A DNA stretch of 64,000 bases from Spirogloea muscicola (GCA_009602725.1 WELB01000001.1:2175117-2239116); one strand, 5' to 3'. Positions 1 to 13,174 are shown, counted from the first letter of the stretch. The notes: a model not told the origin generated them from the letters alone. A program made the numbers and translations.

Positions 1-210
1 GGGGATAGTTTACCGGCAGCTAGTCTGTCGGATGTGAGGCTCCTTACTCGTAACTACCGAGTGGTCCATCCTCCCCCGTTCTGCCATAGCCTCTTCAGGC
101 CCCGCAGTCGCTGCTTAGCTCGTAGTTTGGCCCCTTCGAACCTTGTCAATTCTTTTCGGGCTGGCTTCTCACAGCCCTTGCCCCCATTGGGAGAGCCACT
201 CCTTCTCCGT
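1..210 (+). mobile_element. 3' end of CRE-like RLE non-LTR retrotransposon (ORF C-terminus + 3' UTR hairpin)
   Basis: Frame 1 reads GDSLPAASLSDVRLLTRNY, matching the family C-terminus (xSDLxLLTRGY*). It is followed at 143-205 by ttgtcaattcttttcgggctggcttctcacagcccttgcccccattgggagagccac. Confidence 0.75.
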
Positions 211-279
211 AACACACACTTCATTCCTTGTACTTAGTGCCGCCTTGGCTCTCCGCTCGATACACGCTTCACCTCCCGA

Positions 280-394
280 ATGGCCTGCCTGCCCGCCCGC
301 CTCTCCGCCCCCCTCGCCGCCGCCGACTCCTTCAGAGCTCCGCCTGCGCCTGCTGCGTCTTCGCAGTCGCCGCCGCCGCCGCAGCTGCCGCCGC

Positions 395-425
<31 letters not shown>

Positions 426-3400
426 CGAGCGCCAGCTTGCTGCCCGGACCGCGCCGCGTCTCGGCTGGCTTCAGGCCGATCGGCCGTCGTCGCCGACGAC
501 CGCCAGCTCTAGCTGCGGCGTGATCACCTCGGGACGGTCGTCGTGCTCGATCGGGCCGTCTGGCCCGGCCTCGGCGCGACGGCGACCGGCTGCACTTGGT
601 GCGGGAGGAGATAGCCGCCAGGCTGCTGTCCATCTCGTTGCTGAGCATCGTAAGAGCAGCTGCCCTCCCCATGGCTGCTGCATCTGCTGGGGCCACCAGC
701 TCCTTCATGTCCCCCTGTGCTCGCCAGGGCGAAGAGCCCCTTGCGAGCCCATCGTGAGCGCTCTTGCAGGGCGGCTGATGGCCGTGCCTCTGTCTGACTC
801 GTCTGTGCAGTGCCACAGTGACCTGATTGCACCCACGCCTCAGCTCTCAGCCCGGCGCCTCGTTCCCATTAAAGAGGGCTGTCTATGTCTTAGTGGAGTC
901 GAGCCGGTGACACGTCAAGCGCATCTCGACGAAGACAGCTTCAGTGACAGTGAGCCAGGTGCCTTATGGTGAGCGGCCCATGGCCATGGAGTGTGCAGCA
1001 CAGAGCCCCTGCGACGGCCACGCCAGGACTGGGACCGGGCCTCCCTCTGGCAGCCCAACGCAGACGGCCTCGATGGCCACAACGCTGAGTTGGTACCTAT
1101 TTCTGGAGAATCACTTTCAGTCTGATGGTGGCACGCGTGGCGAGCACAGCAAGGTGCTGGGTCTGCGCTCCCTGCTCGTGGAGCCAAGAGCCTGCGGCGC
1201 CAATGGTCCCCTGCGTGATGCATCTGTGCGGGAGGAGCACTTTGGGCAGCAGTGTCAGGGCATACAGGAGGAGGAAGCGGGCTGCAGGGCGGCTCAGCAG
1301 CAGGCCCTGGACCAGCTGTCACCTCAAGGTGACCCTGCTCGGAAGATGAGAGTCCCGGCAGCTTCAGCTATGGCTGGGGACAGCCGATGTGGACTTGTAC
1401 AACTTGAGACCAGCAAGGATAAGGTGGGGCCATCCATCACCTGCCCGTAGCCTCATGTCAAGCCACATCAGCAGCCGGCTGTTGTCTGCGATATCTCTGT
1501 TGCCAGAGGGAGAGGCTTCTGAGAGCACCCAGATGTAAGCTGTCCCAGACAATGTAGTCGATGCCCATGCTGTTGGACAAAGAAAACTGCACTTAATGGA
1601 GATTGATATGATGCTTGACTGTTCATGTGAGTGCAGGAGCGGAGGGACAGAGTCAAGTTTGCCCGCAGAGGGGCTAGAGCCACTGGAGATGCTCGGACGC
1701 CAGCCTTGGGACAGAGCTCTAAGAGTTGCACCGAGGTGCAGTGTTCCTGTGAGGACCTGGCCAAAGCAACAGCAATAGGAGGGAGTACCTACTGCAAGCC
1801 TTGGCAGGCAAGTCTACGCCAGGAGGAGGCAGTCCACTGCAAGAGAGCTGGTGGGCTTCAGGAAGAGGTATCCTGCCGATGAAAGCATCCCACCACTTAG
1901 CAGCCCTCAATGTCCCCTTATTCTTAGAAGGGTTCAAGTGCAGGACACCCTGTACTTCACAGCAGCAGACATGTTTCTTCCCAAGCTTGCCAAGCGCGGT
2001 TGTATTCTTGCTTACATGCATGCCAAATTATCCATGACTTTGTCATATTACGAAAGGCTTCTTGCTGCTTGGAATTTGGATGTGGTTGTGGTAGCTTCTC
2101 GAGGCAGATATAAGGTTCTTATTACAACTAATGTCCTTGAATAGGTGCAAAATGACAACACCGAGGTTCTCAAGACCAACGGCCAGCTGGAATCATCGCT
2201 GTTAAGACTTAAAGTGCTCAAAGTATTGGTCGATGCCACAGCAACGAGGGGTGCTTCTTGGCAGGTATGGGCGTGGCCAGGCACTCTTTACTCATTTGTC
2301 GTTCATGAAAGCACTTCACATGTGTCATTCTTCTGTTCAGTACGATTCTGCACTCTGAGGTCATAGGCTTTCTGAATCAACGACCAATGTTGCACAACCC
2401 TAAAGATTCTGTGCAGCAGGTGCTTCATGTCCTGACTCTGTTTTCGTCTGTCATTTATCATGCAGATGCAGTCATTCGTAAAAGCAGTCCTCAAATACCT
2501 ATCTGTGTCTAAGTTTTTCGACAACAAAGACAACAAAGAGGAGTGGAGACTGCCAGGAGCCGCGGAGAATTGGCCTGAAGCCGTGGAGAATGTTGGAGAC
2601 GCGCTGGCCATTGCAAGCACTGTGCTCAATGGGTTGGCTGAGTATCACAGTGCCTTGGTGTATAGCGAGGAAGAAAAAGGAGCTCTGTTGGAGAGCATAG
2701 CAAAGTGGCAGATGCGAGCAATGGCTGCTGAAGCACGGGAGGGCTTTAGCCAGCAGCATCTCTTTAACTACGACAGCGAACTTGTAGAAGTCAGGGCACA
2801 AGCAGCACGCATGGGCGAGCAGGCGTGCAGTGCACTGGAACTCATTGCAAGGCATGAGCTGGACAATGCGAAGCATCAGTCTTCAGTGCACCGCTTGCAA
2901 GGGGAAGTGCAGCAGCAGGAAAGCATGCTAGCGAGAACTTCTGCTAATTTACTGGCTGTGCGACAGGAACTTGAAGCCAGCAGGCATACGTTAGCATGTA
3001 AGGACCAGATTATAGCACAGCTGCGAGAAGACCTGCGTAACGAGCACAGCGTGCGCACAGCTGCTGTTCAACAAGCACAGGCTGCGCAAGCAGAGTCCGC
3101 GAGGCTGGAAGCTATTGTCGTGGATGCAGCTTCAAGGCATGCCCAGGCAACCGAAGCTGGGAGCATTTTGGGGCAAGCAGAAGCTGTTGCAAGGGAGGAA
3201 AACATTGAGTTGAAAGAGCAAGTCCAGACGTTGTCTGCAGCTGCTGGTGAAATTGAGCGACGGTTGGCAGGTGCAGCTGCTGAGCTGAGCACGGCGGAAC
3301 TGGAGATTGCAGCCGCAAACTCGAATATGTCTGCAGACAAGGCCCGTCTGGATGCTGTGCAGCAGGAGCTGGAGGCAGCCAAGGTCGCGCTTGGCAGCAG

Positions 3401-6400
3401 CCAGGCCTCAGTGGTGAGCCTCAGGTGCCAGCTTGCGGACCAGTGCCAGGAGCTGCTTCAGGTGAAGGCCGCCCTCGATGAGAGAACGCTGACAGCACAG
3501 TCGCTGGAGGGGGTGCTTGCGGCTAAGTCCAAGGATCTGGACGCAGCCACACTGGCGTTGGAGGCTAGCCGGGCGTCTGTCACGGGTCTTGAAAGGGCCC
3601 TTGCAGACAGGTCCCGGGAGCTGGAGAAGGCTCGGCAAGACGCTGAGCTGCGGCAGGACAGCACGGCGAGCCTCGAGAAGCTCCTGAAGGCCACCGCAGA
3701 TGATGCTGAGGCGGCCAAGCGAGAGTTTCTCGCATGCAAGGAGCAAGCTGCAGGATTGAGAGAGCTGCTGGATGCTGCAGCTGCTCGCCGTAATGAACTC
3801 GATCGGCTACTGGGCGAGAGGACGTCAAAGCTGCGGGAGACAGAGGCTGCAGCTGCGCATCTGATGTCGGGGATGACAGCCTCTGAGCGTGCGCTTGCTG
3901 AGGCCGCCCACGAGCTTGAGGAGAAGCGAGACGACCTGCGCGCAAGCAGGCTGCACACAGACACGGTGGAGAGCGTGCTGGCGGAAGCCCGGCAAGACGT
4001 GGAGTGTGCACTGCAGGAAGTCGAGGCGGGGAGAGAGCACATTGCGGAGCTGCAGCAGAGGCTCCTTGAAAGCCAGCATTTGGCAATTGAGGTCCAGGAA
4101 GACCTCCGCAGCTGTCAGGCTTGCTGTGCTTCGATGGAGGATGCCGTTGTAGAAGGCAAGCAAGCCACGGTCAGCGCCCAGCAGCATGCACAGGAGCTCA
4201 AGAAGGACCTGCTCGACTGCCAAGGTGTCATGAGCAACATGCGGTCCGACAGAGACGCAGCTCACAGGACCATTCAAGCAAGTGAAGTGCAGCTGGCAGA
4301 GATGGGGTCGCTGCTGTTCCTTGCGACCGACGTGCTGAAGCAGGAAAGGGACCGCTTAGTGGAGGACTTGACGGAAGCCCAGAACCAATGCACATCAGCC
4401 AGGAAAGACTTTGCTTGTCTAAGAGCAGAATCTGAGACTGAAGCAAGGTAGGTTACCTTTACTTTCTCTAGCTTCATCTGAATATCACTGCAAGGCTTGT
4501 ACTTAAGTAATAGCTGCAGCAGATGATCAGTGTGGTGCTCATAGTGCACGTCAGAAGCTTACCTGCTTCATGTGGAATAAGGAGATTATTGGGAATGACA
4601 AGTAGCTGCTCTTGCAGGGTCTTCTTTAGTTACATGTACAGGTAGGCTACAAAGTGCTTAGAGCGCTTCTTGTATGTGCTACTTGCCAGAGTGGTAGAAT
4701 GGAGCCGGGCTTCGCTGTATGAGAGTGCATCAATGAAGCTAACCGGCATAAAGGACATGCAACAAGAGCTCAACGTTCTTGAGGGGAGGAGATGGCAAGC
4801 AGAGCAGTCACAGATCGCCCATCAGCAAGAAGTCCTGCGTGACCGCTTATCTCTAGAAGTGGCCATCAATGAGCTGGAGGATCTACTACAAAGTTTACAG
4901 GGCAATTTACAGGGATCCACTGATCAGGTTAGGGGACAGCATATATGTTCCATTGTGTAGTCAACGGTCTGCTTGAGCTAGCTATTACCAAGTAATTGAA
5001 TGTGCATTTAGTGCTGTGGGTGGCAGCCAGCACCACTTCCAGTTGACATGAGCAGGCATGCTGATTAGCTGAATGTGTCCAAGTCTCGTCCTCTGTCAAG
5101 TGCAGTTGCAAGCCTCATGTAGGTCTGTGGAACGACAAGTTTCCCAACTCAAAGGAAGCATCCAGGACATGGAGTCAGCTTATCCGGCAGCCTTGCTTCT
5201 TGATGAGGAGCTGGTATGCCACTGCCCTTAATTTGGGCACAAGTTGATAGCTGAGGGCTACATATTTACTTGCTAAGACATCGCAGATTGACTATATGCT
5301 TCATAGGTGTTCTTTGTGTTTTGCCATGGATGGATACTGTGCAGTGTTGTCTCCCATCCTCTACTTTATTCGTTCATTCTGATGCCTAGCTCTGCAGCCA
5401 CGTATGTACGGTCGATTACTGCTGCCAAAAGCAGTCTGAGATTCTGCCAAGTTGATACACATTACATGCCGAGTCTCAATGATGCTCATTGCTTGAACGA
5501 GACATTGTGCAGGAGGACAGCTTCAGGAGATTGAGAATGAAGCTTAACGTTGAGAGGGAATGTGTACTTGACATGGTGCACCATGGGCGCATTATCACAA
5601 TACTAATGGAAAGTGACAAGAATCACACGGGATGGAGAGATGTAAGTCAGAAGTCAATAACACACTTTCTATTAGAAACAGGAGCAATCTGTCAAATATT
5701 TGCTGGATTTGGAATGTGGCACTGAGAGGTAACATAATAACTGCACTCTTATGAGCAGGTTGAGACATCTACTTATTTTGGATCACATGACTGCATTGAT
5801 GAAGAAGAGGTATGCTGTGGCTGCTGGATGGCTATCCTTCATCATGGTCAATCCCTGTTGGATAAACTAAGCCTTCGATGAGTTGTGAAGGCTTCAAGGA
5901 TCACCTCACTGCTTCTCCTCCTCACTTAAGCAAATGGGCATTGTAACGTGAAATTTTGCAGGCTGTACAGGCTGTGGGGGACAATTTACAGCTGGTGGAT
6001 GATGTGGATGCTCGTGCCTTGTTGCAGAGCGCTGAGCAACTGCTGACTGACGCCTACAACTTGATCAGGTCTTAGCACAGATGCAAGTCATGTACATGAT
6101 ACGTAGCCAACAGGTCCTACAGGAAGAGCTCATCAAAGCAGAACAGTACAGATGAGCTAAATCGTTCAATAATGTATCACATATTGCCATGCTTCACTGC
6201 CCACTATCCAAGTGAGAGTCTTTCCATACTTCTTGAGAATACCTAGAAGTCAAATATGTGAAGGCATCTATCTTCTGTGTGTTGAGATTGGCTCTTTTTA
6301 CATCTGTAAGTCTTTTGACAGTGTATCAACATGCATTGCAGATGCAATGCGGGCAACATTGCAGCTGAGCCTAGGTGCACAGGGCACTGTGACCAGCAGG

Positions 6401-6804
6401 CCTTGGACAAATTGCAGTGCAGAAATCCTAGGCTCTTGGTTTTGCAAGCCGAAGACACCACTGCTGACGCTCCGCAGGCCTGCCATGCAAAGGCGAATCA
6501 GCTCCTTCGTGGTACTGGTGGTGCCCAAGACCATGACAGAAGAACCACGGGCACCATACATAACACAATCAAAACACCAGGTACCTCTTTCCTTTGGAGG
6601 TGGCAGCGCATTATAAAAACTGGCCCTGCTGTACAGCAACCAGCGCAGCGAGGCCTTGCAAGGTGTCGAGCTGGCACACAGCAAATGCAGGGCAGGTCTT
6701 TGTCACAGCTTCCATTCTGTGCAAGCTTCATCTCGCTGTGGGCGTGCTTGGTGGCCATTCTGTATACGTACTCAGAGCTTACACATTGGCGCCCCTCTCA
6801 TTGA
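280..6804 (+). CDS. Multi-exon long coiled-coil protein, no recognised domain (core exon ~2466-4447; 5' and 3' exons approximate)
   Basis: The 663-aa ORF 2460-4451 is rich in A/E/L/Q/R heptads and ends at a GT donor (~4448). Further AG/GT-bounded coding-like exons lie at ~2144-2265, ~4690-4927, ~5124-5213, ~5513-5641, ~5962-6068 and ~6341-6804. Start uncertain. Confidence 0.6.
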
Positions 6805-7307
6805 TCTACCCAGCTCCTATAGCAGATATCTGTCATGAGTAGTTAGTAGCTGAAGTACTTTTACGCCATTCGTGCTGAATCTGCTATCACCTGCTTCCAG
6901 ATGCATTCCAATCAGTAAGCAGGCAGTCATAGCAGCTATTAGGACATTCAAGGCAAATTCTCTGCCGAGACTATTGATTCCCTATGCCAGGCCCTAGTTA
7001 GGCGAGAGGACCTGATTTATAACCACAGTGCTATCTTTATGGTAGGCAGGCCACACCAAACTGTAGCTCATAGGAAATTCTTTGGCGCTGTGATTGTCAT
7101 TGCAGCACATGCAGCCCACACACTATCTGCCCCATTGCTTATTGGAACCATTGTTCCTCACGATTATTTATGTGACATCTTGTAAGTTTTCCAGAGATTG
7201 TGTTGCTCGCTAGTTTCTTCCAGATTATTCGGTTGGGAGGCTACAATATGAATAAGGTTCTTCAGCTTGAGGAGCCCACATCGATATCCTGATTTGAGAC
7301 TGCCTGG

Positions 7308-8967
7308 CTACAAGCTTCGCTGGCCCAAGCAGACCTTCAGCGCTAGTAGGGAGCGGGCCTCCCTCTGGGCGCAGGCTAGCTGGCCACTGCGGTAGAGCGA
7401 AAGGACAAGGTCGCGGTACGCAGCCTCCTTCTTGTGGAAGCTGCGTCGGTGCACATCAAGGACGAACCCGTCCATCTTGTCGACCAGGCCCGCCTGGCGG
7501 TGCATCCGTCGCATTGCACAGAGCTCAGCTGGCGTCGGCATCCAGTTGGAGTCCAGTAGAGCACGGAGGCCACGCTCAGCCGCCGCGACCTCGCCAAATT
7601 CTTGCAGGACCCACATTGTGAGAAGGTATGTGGCCCTGCTTCGAGAGCTGCCGAGCAGGTCTCGGTGAGCATCCTCTTCGCCGGTACTTGATCTCCTGTG
7701 ACAAGAATTGGCTACATCCTCCCCTTCTGTGCTGAGACATCCGCCAATTTCTGCTGGAAGCCCTGCACCAGTGCGAAGGGCGATGGCCGCGTTGGCCAGC
7801 AGGAGGTCGCCATAGCGGCCAGCCTTCACATAGGCTGCCTGGAGGAGGAACTGGGTGTCGCTGTCAACATCCGCGCCTGCAGCATGCACCTCGTCGAGCA
7901 GCTCCTGGGCATGCTCGACCTCGCCCGCCCATGCCAGGATGCGGACGAGCTCCGCATATGTCCGCCCATCGGGCATGCCCCAGTTCTGCTGCTTCTGCCA
8001 CTGCGCCACCTTGGTGGCCACTGCTGGCTCGCGCCTTGCCTGGCAGGGGGGGGCAATTTGTTGCCAAGGTTTGGACATGTGAGCAACTGGAGGGTGAAGT
8101 CAATCAAAGCGTTGTTTTGCGAAGCGCAACTGCTTTCCCAGATTGCATAGAGCACTAATCCTTAAAGAGCTAAAGCTTTGCACTTCACTGTAACCAAGTT
8201 CTGAGCACGATCTTGTTCTCACCTGCAGGATGCGGCGGACGGCTTTGACCTCGGAGATGAGCAAGGCGTGCACCGAGGGCGGCGGCACGGCGGCCAGAGA
8301 AGCTCGGGGAGCAGCCGGCGGCGGGGTGAGAGGGAGGGGCAGCTGGCCAGCAGTCCCGCGATGTCGCAGCGCAGGCTGCCTCTCGCCGCCGCTCTCGAAG
8401 CCGCTGGGCTTGCCACCGCCGCCATGGTGGCGGGCACGCTCGGAGCGTATGGCCTCAGCACGGTCGAGCTTGAGGCGGCGCACTGACCATGAGGGACCCG
8501 GCAGGACCTTGTTGCGTCCAAGGCCCCGTCTCCGCCACACCTATGAGCATTGCCCCGCAAGTGCTGCTTCAGCAAACCTCCCAAGTTTTAATGGGGGCAA
8601 TCGGGCTTAGTACTTAGCACTTAGCACTTAGTACATAGTACTTAGTACTTAGTACTTCAAAGTTCGCAAGTGGAAACTCTAAGTCGGTCAACAATGAGCA
8701 CCTTATTCAGCGCGTCCGGGTGGGCGTCGCCGCCGTCGCCGTCGCGGCCGAGGTCCGCACCCGGCGCATGGCCGGCCTCGGCGACGTCGGCAGCGGCGAA
8801 GCCGGCGCCGGCAGCAGCAGTGGCGGATCCGGCGTCCTTGGGGAGCGGCCGCCGGCGGGCCGCCTGCGGTAGCATGCGCGAGCGCACGCCGACGTCCTGC
8901 ACGCCGCCCAGCGTGCGGTTCCATGGCGGCCGCCTCGGGCCGGCGGCGGCCGCACCGCCATCGCCGC
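7308..8967 (-). CDS. PPR-like repeat protein, at least 3 exons, 5' end runs into N gap
   Basis: PDGRTYAELVRILAWAGEVEHAQELLDEVHAAG is a PPR-type motif. Phase-0 GT-AG introns at 8701-8541 and 8222-8040 join DALNK|VWRRR...RRILQ|ARREPAV. Confidence 0.7.
8606..8657. repeat. Tandem 7-mer (CTTAGTA/CTTAGCA) x~7 inside PPR intron
   Basis: Directly visible: cttagta cttagca cttagca cttagta catagta cttagta cttagta ctt. Confidence 0.9.
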
Positions 8968-9598
8968 NNNNNNNNNNNNNNNNNNNNNNNNNNNNNNNNN
9001 NNNNNNNNNNNNNNNNNNNNNNNNNNNNNNNNNNNNNNNNNNNNNNNNNNNNNNNNNNNNNNNNNNNNNNNNNNNNNNNNNNNNNNNNNNNNNNNNNNNN
9101 NNNNNNNNNNNNNNNNNNNNNNNNNNNNNNNNNNNNNNNNNNNNNNNNNNNNNNNNNNNNNNNNNNNNNNNNNNNNNNNNNNNNNNNNNNNNNNNNNNNN
9201 NNNNNNNNNNNNNNNNNNNNNNNNNNNNNNNNNNNNNNNNNNNNNNNNNNNNNNNNNNNNNNNNNNNNNNNNNNNNNNNNNNNNNNNNNNNNNNNNNNNN
9301 NNNNNNNNNNNNNNNNNNNNNNNNNNNNNNNNNNNNNNNNNNNNNNNNNNNNNNNNNNNNNNNNNNNNNNNNNNNNNNNNNNNNNNNNNNNNNNNNNNNN
9401 NNNNNNNNNNNNNNNNNNNNNNNNNNNNNNNNNNNNNNNNNNNNNNNNNNNNNNNNNNNNNNNNNNNNNNNNNNNNNNNNNNNNNNNNNNNNNNNNNNNN
9501 NNNNNNNNNNNNNNNNNNNNNNNNNNNNNNNNNNNNNNNNNNNNNNNNNNNNNNNNNNNNNNNNNNNNNNNNNNNNNNNNNNNNNNNNNNNNNNNNNN

Positions 9599-9864
9599 CT
9601 AGCTGGTGGAAAGACGTCGCCCTGACGGAAGCCGGAGGCCGCCGCCAAAGCTCGGCCTGCGCGCAAGTGAACCGCGAAGGCGAGGGACCGCTGCATCGAG
9701 ACGGCCAAACGCATACGGAACACCTGAGCGAGGGACCCGGCTACGTTGAAGCCGGGCTGCTCGCCCTGCTGCCCGAGGCGGCGGGCCGCTGCACGCCGCG
9801 CCAGGCGGTGGAGCAAGTCAAGCCATTTGGAGCCAAAGGCTCCGTGCATTTTGAAAGAGCTCAC
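9599..9864 (-). mobile_element. CRE-like RLE C-terminal fragment (cut by N gap)
   Basis: HGAFGSKWLDLLHRLARRAAARRLG...FRMRLAVSMQRSLAFAVHLRAGRALAAASG; near-identical DNA to 23750-23990. Confidence 0.85.
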
Positions 9865-9871
9865 TGCTCTT

Positions 9872-9975
9872 TATGAGCGTCCATTCCTTTGGGCTGGCCA
9901 CCAGCCCAGCCACCAGTCACCAGTCACCAGCCACCAGTCAATCTGGCCGCGCTTCCATTCTATATGAGCGTCCAT
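9872..9975 (+). mobile_element. Solo 3'-UTR micro-insertion (subfamily B) with 13-bp TSD
   Basis: tatgagcgtccat at 9872-9884 and 9963-9975 flanks tcctttgggctggcc...ccaccagtcaatctggccgcgcttcc, with an internal caccagt slippage repeat. Confidence 0.8.
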
Positions 9976-10165
9976 ACACCAAGTCACAGAAAGAAGGAGG
10001 GGCTGAGGGGGCAGGGGCGGGAGAGCTCTTCCACTATGTGCCATTGGCATTTCCTTTTCTGCGAAGCGGGAAAGTCGGAGTGTTAATCCGCAAATGGGGG
10101 AGGCTGGGGCTGCCAGTGGGGCTGCCAGAAGCCCGGCGCCATTGCCCTGCGCAGGCGCGGGCGCC

Positions 10166-12408
10166 ATGGCGCGCGCGGGCGCCGCCAAGGTGGGCCTGCC
10201 CTTCCCGTCTGCCTCTGCGTCGCGCAGCCGCCACCGCCGGCGAGCGCGCAGCGGCGTCCTGCACATAACTGCAGCCTGCGCTCTGACACGCCTTCCGGCG
10301 GCGCCCGCATCCGCGCTCGCCGCAGCTGCTGAAGCGGTGGGGCCTTGCGCTCGCGGCGGCGCTGCGTGGAGGCGGCGGCGGCGCCGACCGGCGGCGGCCG
10401 CAGCGCGAGCTCGACGTGCGCCAGCTGCTGCTGCTGACCAGGTGCACGCCGCCTGGGGCCGCCCGCCTCAGTCATGTCCGTAGGAGCCAGCTGCGCCCAG
10501 CAGCCTCCCTCAGCTGCGTGCCCCAGAGCTAGCACAGGTCCTACTGCTCTGAATTTCGTAATAAGCTTTTATCAGGGCTTCTGGAGTACGTGTTATGGAT
10601 TTGACGAGGAAGTGGCAAATTCAGGGTTTTAGTCAGCAGCCTTCATATAGCCCAGGTTTTGGCCAGATTGTCAGTGGCCCCCGCAGACAGAATTCTTGTG
10701 TGCCGGAGGTCATGGCTTCTCTGAAGTTACTCGCTGCTCAGTGTCCCTTGTTGCTGATCGCGTCGGGTCTGCCCGAGTTGCAGCCATTACAAGGAAGGCG
10801 ATGGAGACAGTGTGGTGGCAGGTGCCGGCTTGCAGGAGCTGCCATTTGAGGAGCAACAGCAGCAGGTGCAGGCGAACATCCACTGCCAGGTCCTCCGCAT
10901 CGTCCATGCCATCCAGGTACAGCAAGCACACAGGCTGCCAGGTCCATCCCTTTGCAGGCGCAGACCTCAGTCAGCTTGCAACATCTTACAGGCAGGCTGT
11001 CTTGCCGCAGACGTCAATCGCCCAGATGTCATGCGTTAAGCATCAAGCTGCTGTGGTCCAATCGACTTGAAGACCCGGCCTTACTCTTGCTGCGGCAGAC
11101 GATCTTGGTTCCAGGCTGGGAGCAGGCAGCCACAGCCGCTATTACTAGGAGAGCGACGGGGACAGGATCCGCTAGGCCCAGCGGGCTGAGCCTCGCCGTT
11201 GGAGGAGCCCAGAGCAGCCAGACGTCCACAGGGGATGAGCTGCTAGCGCAACTCGAGCGTGGCGAGTGGGAGCCTTTCCGCCAATAATTTCCATGTTCCT
11301 TCCTTTGCCGTTGCCAATCTCTGCAGGCTCCGCATCTCTGCCATCCTTGAATCTCGTGTTAAGATGACTGATGGCCTCTGGCCGCTCCCCTGACGCATGC
11401 TCGTCCAGTATCTCCCCGGACCTTGTTACTTGCCTGTGGATCAGCCAACTGATGCAAACGGGCAAGCTCCGCAGATTGCCAGACGGGGGAGCACCATCCC
11501 AGCTCACTGCGATGGAGCTATCTGCGCACCTAAAGGACTGCATCGGCTTCACTGCCAGAGTCGGGACATCGCAGGTCGAGCACGCGGATGCTGGCCAGGG
11601 GCTATTTATTGATGGGAAGGCAGCGGCGGGTGCGGTCATAGCTTTGTATCCCGGCGTAGTGTATGGGCCATCGCAGTACCGCTTCATCCCGGGCTATCCC
11701 CGCATCGATCGAGATAACGCTTACCTGATGGCACGGTACGACGACGTCATTGTGGATGGCAAGCCCTGGGGCACCGGAGGCGAGCGTCGGGAGCTATGGA
11801 GCGGGCTCGATGTGAATACTGCACAGGACTTTACAGGAGTCTCGGACAGCGATAGCAAGGGAAGTGTGGAACGAGCTCCGCATTTGAGTGCTGCTGACGG
11901 GGACCAGAGATTGGATGCCAGGAGAAGTGTTTGGGCAGCTATTGTTGGTGGTGGCGCTGCTGTTAATGCGCGCCTGATTGCCAATACGGCCGTCTTGATT
12001 GAGAGGCGGAATCCCCTGGCGCTGGCGCACTTTGCCAACCACCCGCAGCAAGGTGGCGAGGCAAATGTGGTGGTGTGCCCCTACGATTTTGTGGCCGAAA
12101 CGCCAGAGGAGCGCATCCTGCGGCCCTGCATCCCCAACAGCATCCTGGAGAGTGGTGACAGTGACGAGGGGATGCGAAAGGAGGGCCTGCTGTGGATCAC
12201 GGAGAGGCCGCTGCAGCGGCTGCCAGAGAGTGGCAAGAGTCGGTCACGGCGGGCAAGCGCTGGTCTGGTCCGCACCCTCGTGTTGGTCGCAACTCGGGAT
12301 GTGGCAGACGAGGAGCTCCTGCTCAACTATCGGCTGAGCCCGCACGTGAGGCGCCCGCTGTGGTATCACGCGGTTGACGAGCAAGAGGAGCGCCGGCGGT
12401 GGGCTTGA
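10166..12408 (+). CDS. SET domain-like protein (SETD9/C5orf35-like plant family)
   Basis: Exons 10166-10189, 10326-10441, 10784-10916, 11099-~11260 and ~11474-12408. Motifs QRELDVRQLLLLTS, QQQQVQANIH, AGQGLFIDG..GAVIALYPGVVY, RRNPLALAHFANHP, LVATRDVADEELLLNYR. Confidence 0.85.
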
Positions 12409-12654
12409 GGCATGTATTCAAAGTGCAGCGGACATAGGCGGTAGGACATAGGCGGTCATGTACCGTATTAACATTTGCCGATAGGAGGCTGACCGTGTTT
12501 GTAAGGCCGAGCATTGATCACATTTGCGAGGTGGGTATTCTTCCGCTTACTTGGTGGTGCAGGTGCCGTGATGACATAGACGGTCTGGTACCCCCACCAC
12601 ACCCATGACGACATACTGGTCAACCGAGCAACTCAATTGCTTGACAAGGGATGT

Positions 12655-12930
12655 TGGTTAGAGAGGCCAGCCAGAAGAACAGTACAGAGTTGGGCAAGCA
12701 CTAGTGACTAGGACTTTTCAGAACCAAGAGCGTCATGGATAGTCAGAACTAATCAGCCCTCTTCAGCAGCCAAATGTCACACCAGGGAACAGCCCGCCCT
12801 GCAGTAGTGGAAGCAGCAGCACGGTGGGCACGCATACACAGAGTGGAGGCTCTAGATTCAAACAAAAGGTAGTTGAGGCGGAAAACTCCAACCCAATCTC
12901 CAGGAGCAGTTTCAACAGCCAACTGGGGTT
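12655..12930 (-). mobile_element. Highly degenerate CRE-like 3' fragment
   Basis: Minus frame QLAVETAPGDWVGVFRL...STLCMRAHRAAASTTAG...CDIWLLKRAD*, followed by a decayed hairpin core (gagaggccagccagaagaac on +). Confidence 0.5.
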
Positions 12931-13170
12931 TGCGCGAGCAGGCGAGCCACTCGTCCCGGCCAGTCCCGGCCGCCGACCTGCCTGAGCTGGCGAGCCGTAC
13001 GCAGCTGCGGAGCCTCCTCGGCGACAGCGACTGGAGGGTGCTGTGCGGACGCTGGCCGGGGGGTTCGTTGGGCCTGCTTTTGGCTCTTTGAATCTTGGAC
13101 TATCCTTCCAGCTGACCTCTCACAGCCCTTCCCTTAGACTCGAAAGAGCTGTTTCTTCTGCGGCAGCGGC

Positions 13171-13174
<4 letters not shown>

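Noticed and set aside
8670..9876. Long ORFs spanning N runs (also 13679-14003 and 54040-55289)
   Set aside because: Artefacts of translating assembly gaps.
11030..11120. LysM-like segment (WSNRLEDPALLLLRQTILVPG)
   Set aside because: Most of it is intron; the acceptor at 11098 gives HAIQ|TILVPG, which fits the SETD9-like protein.
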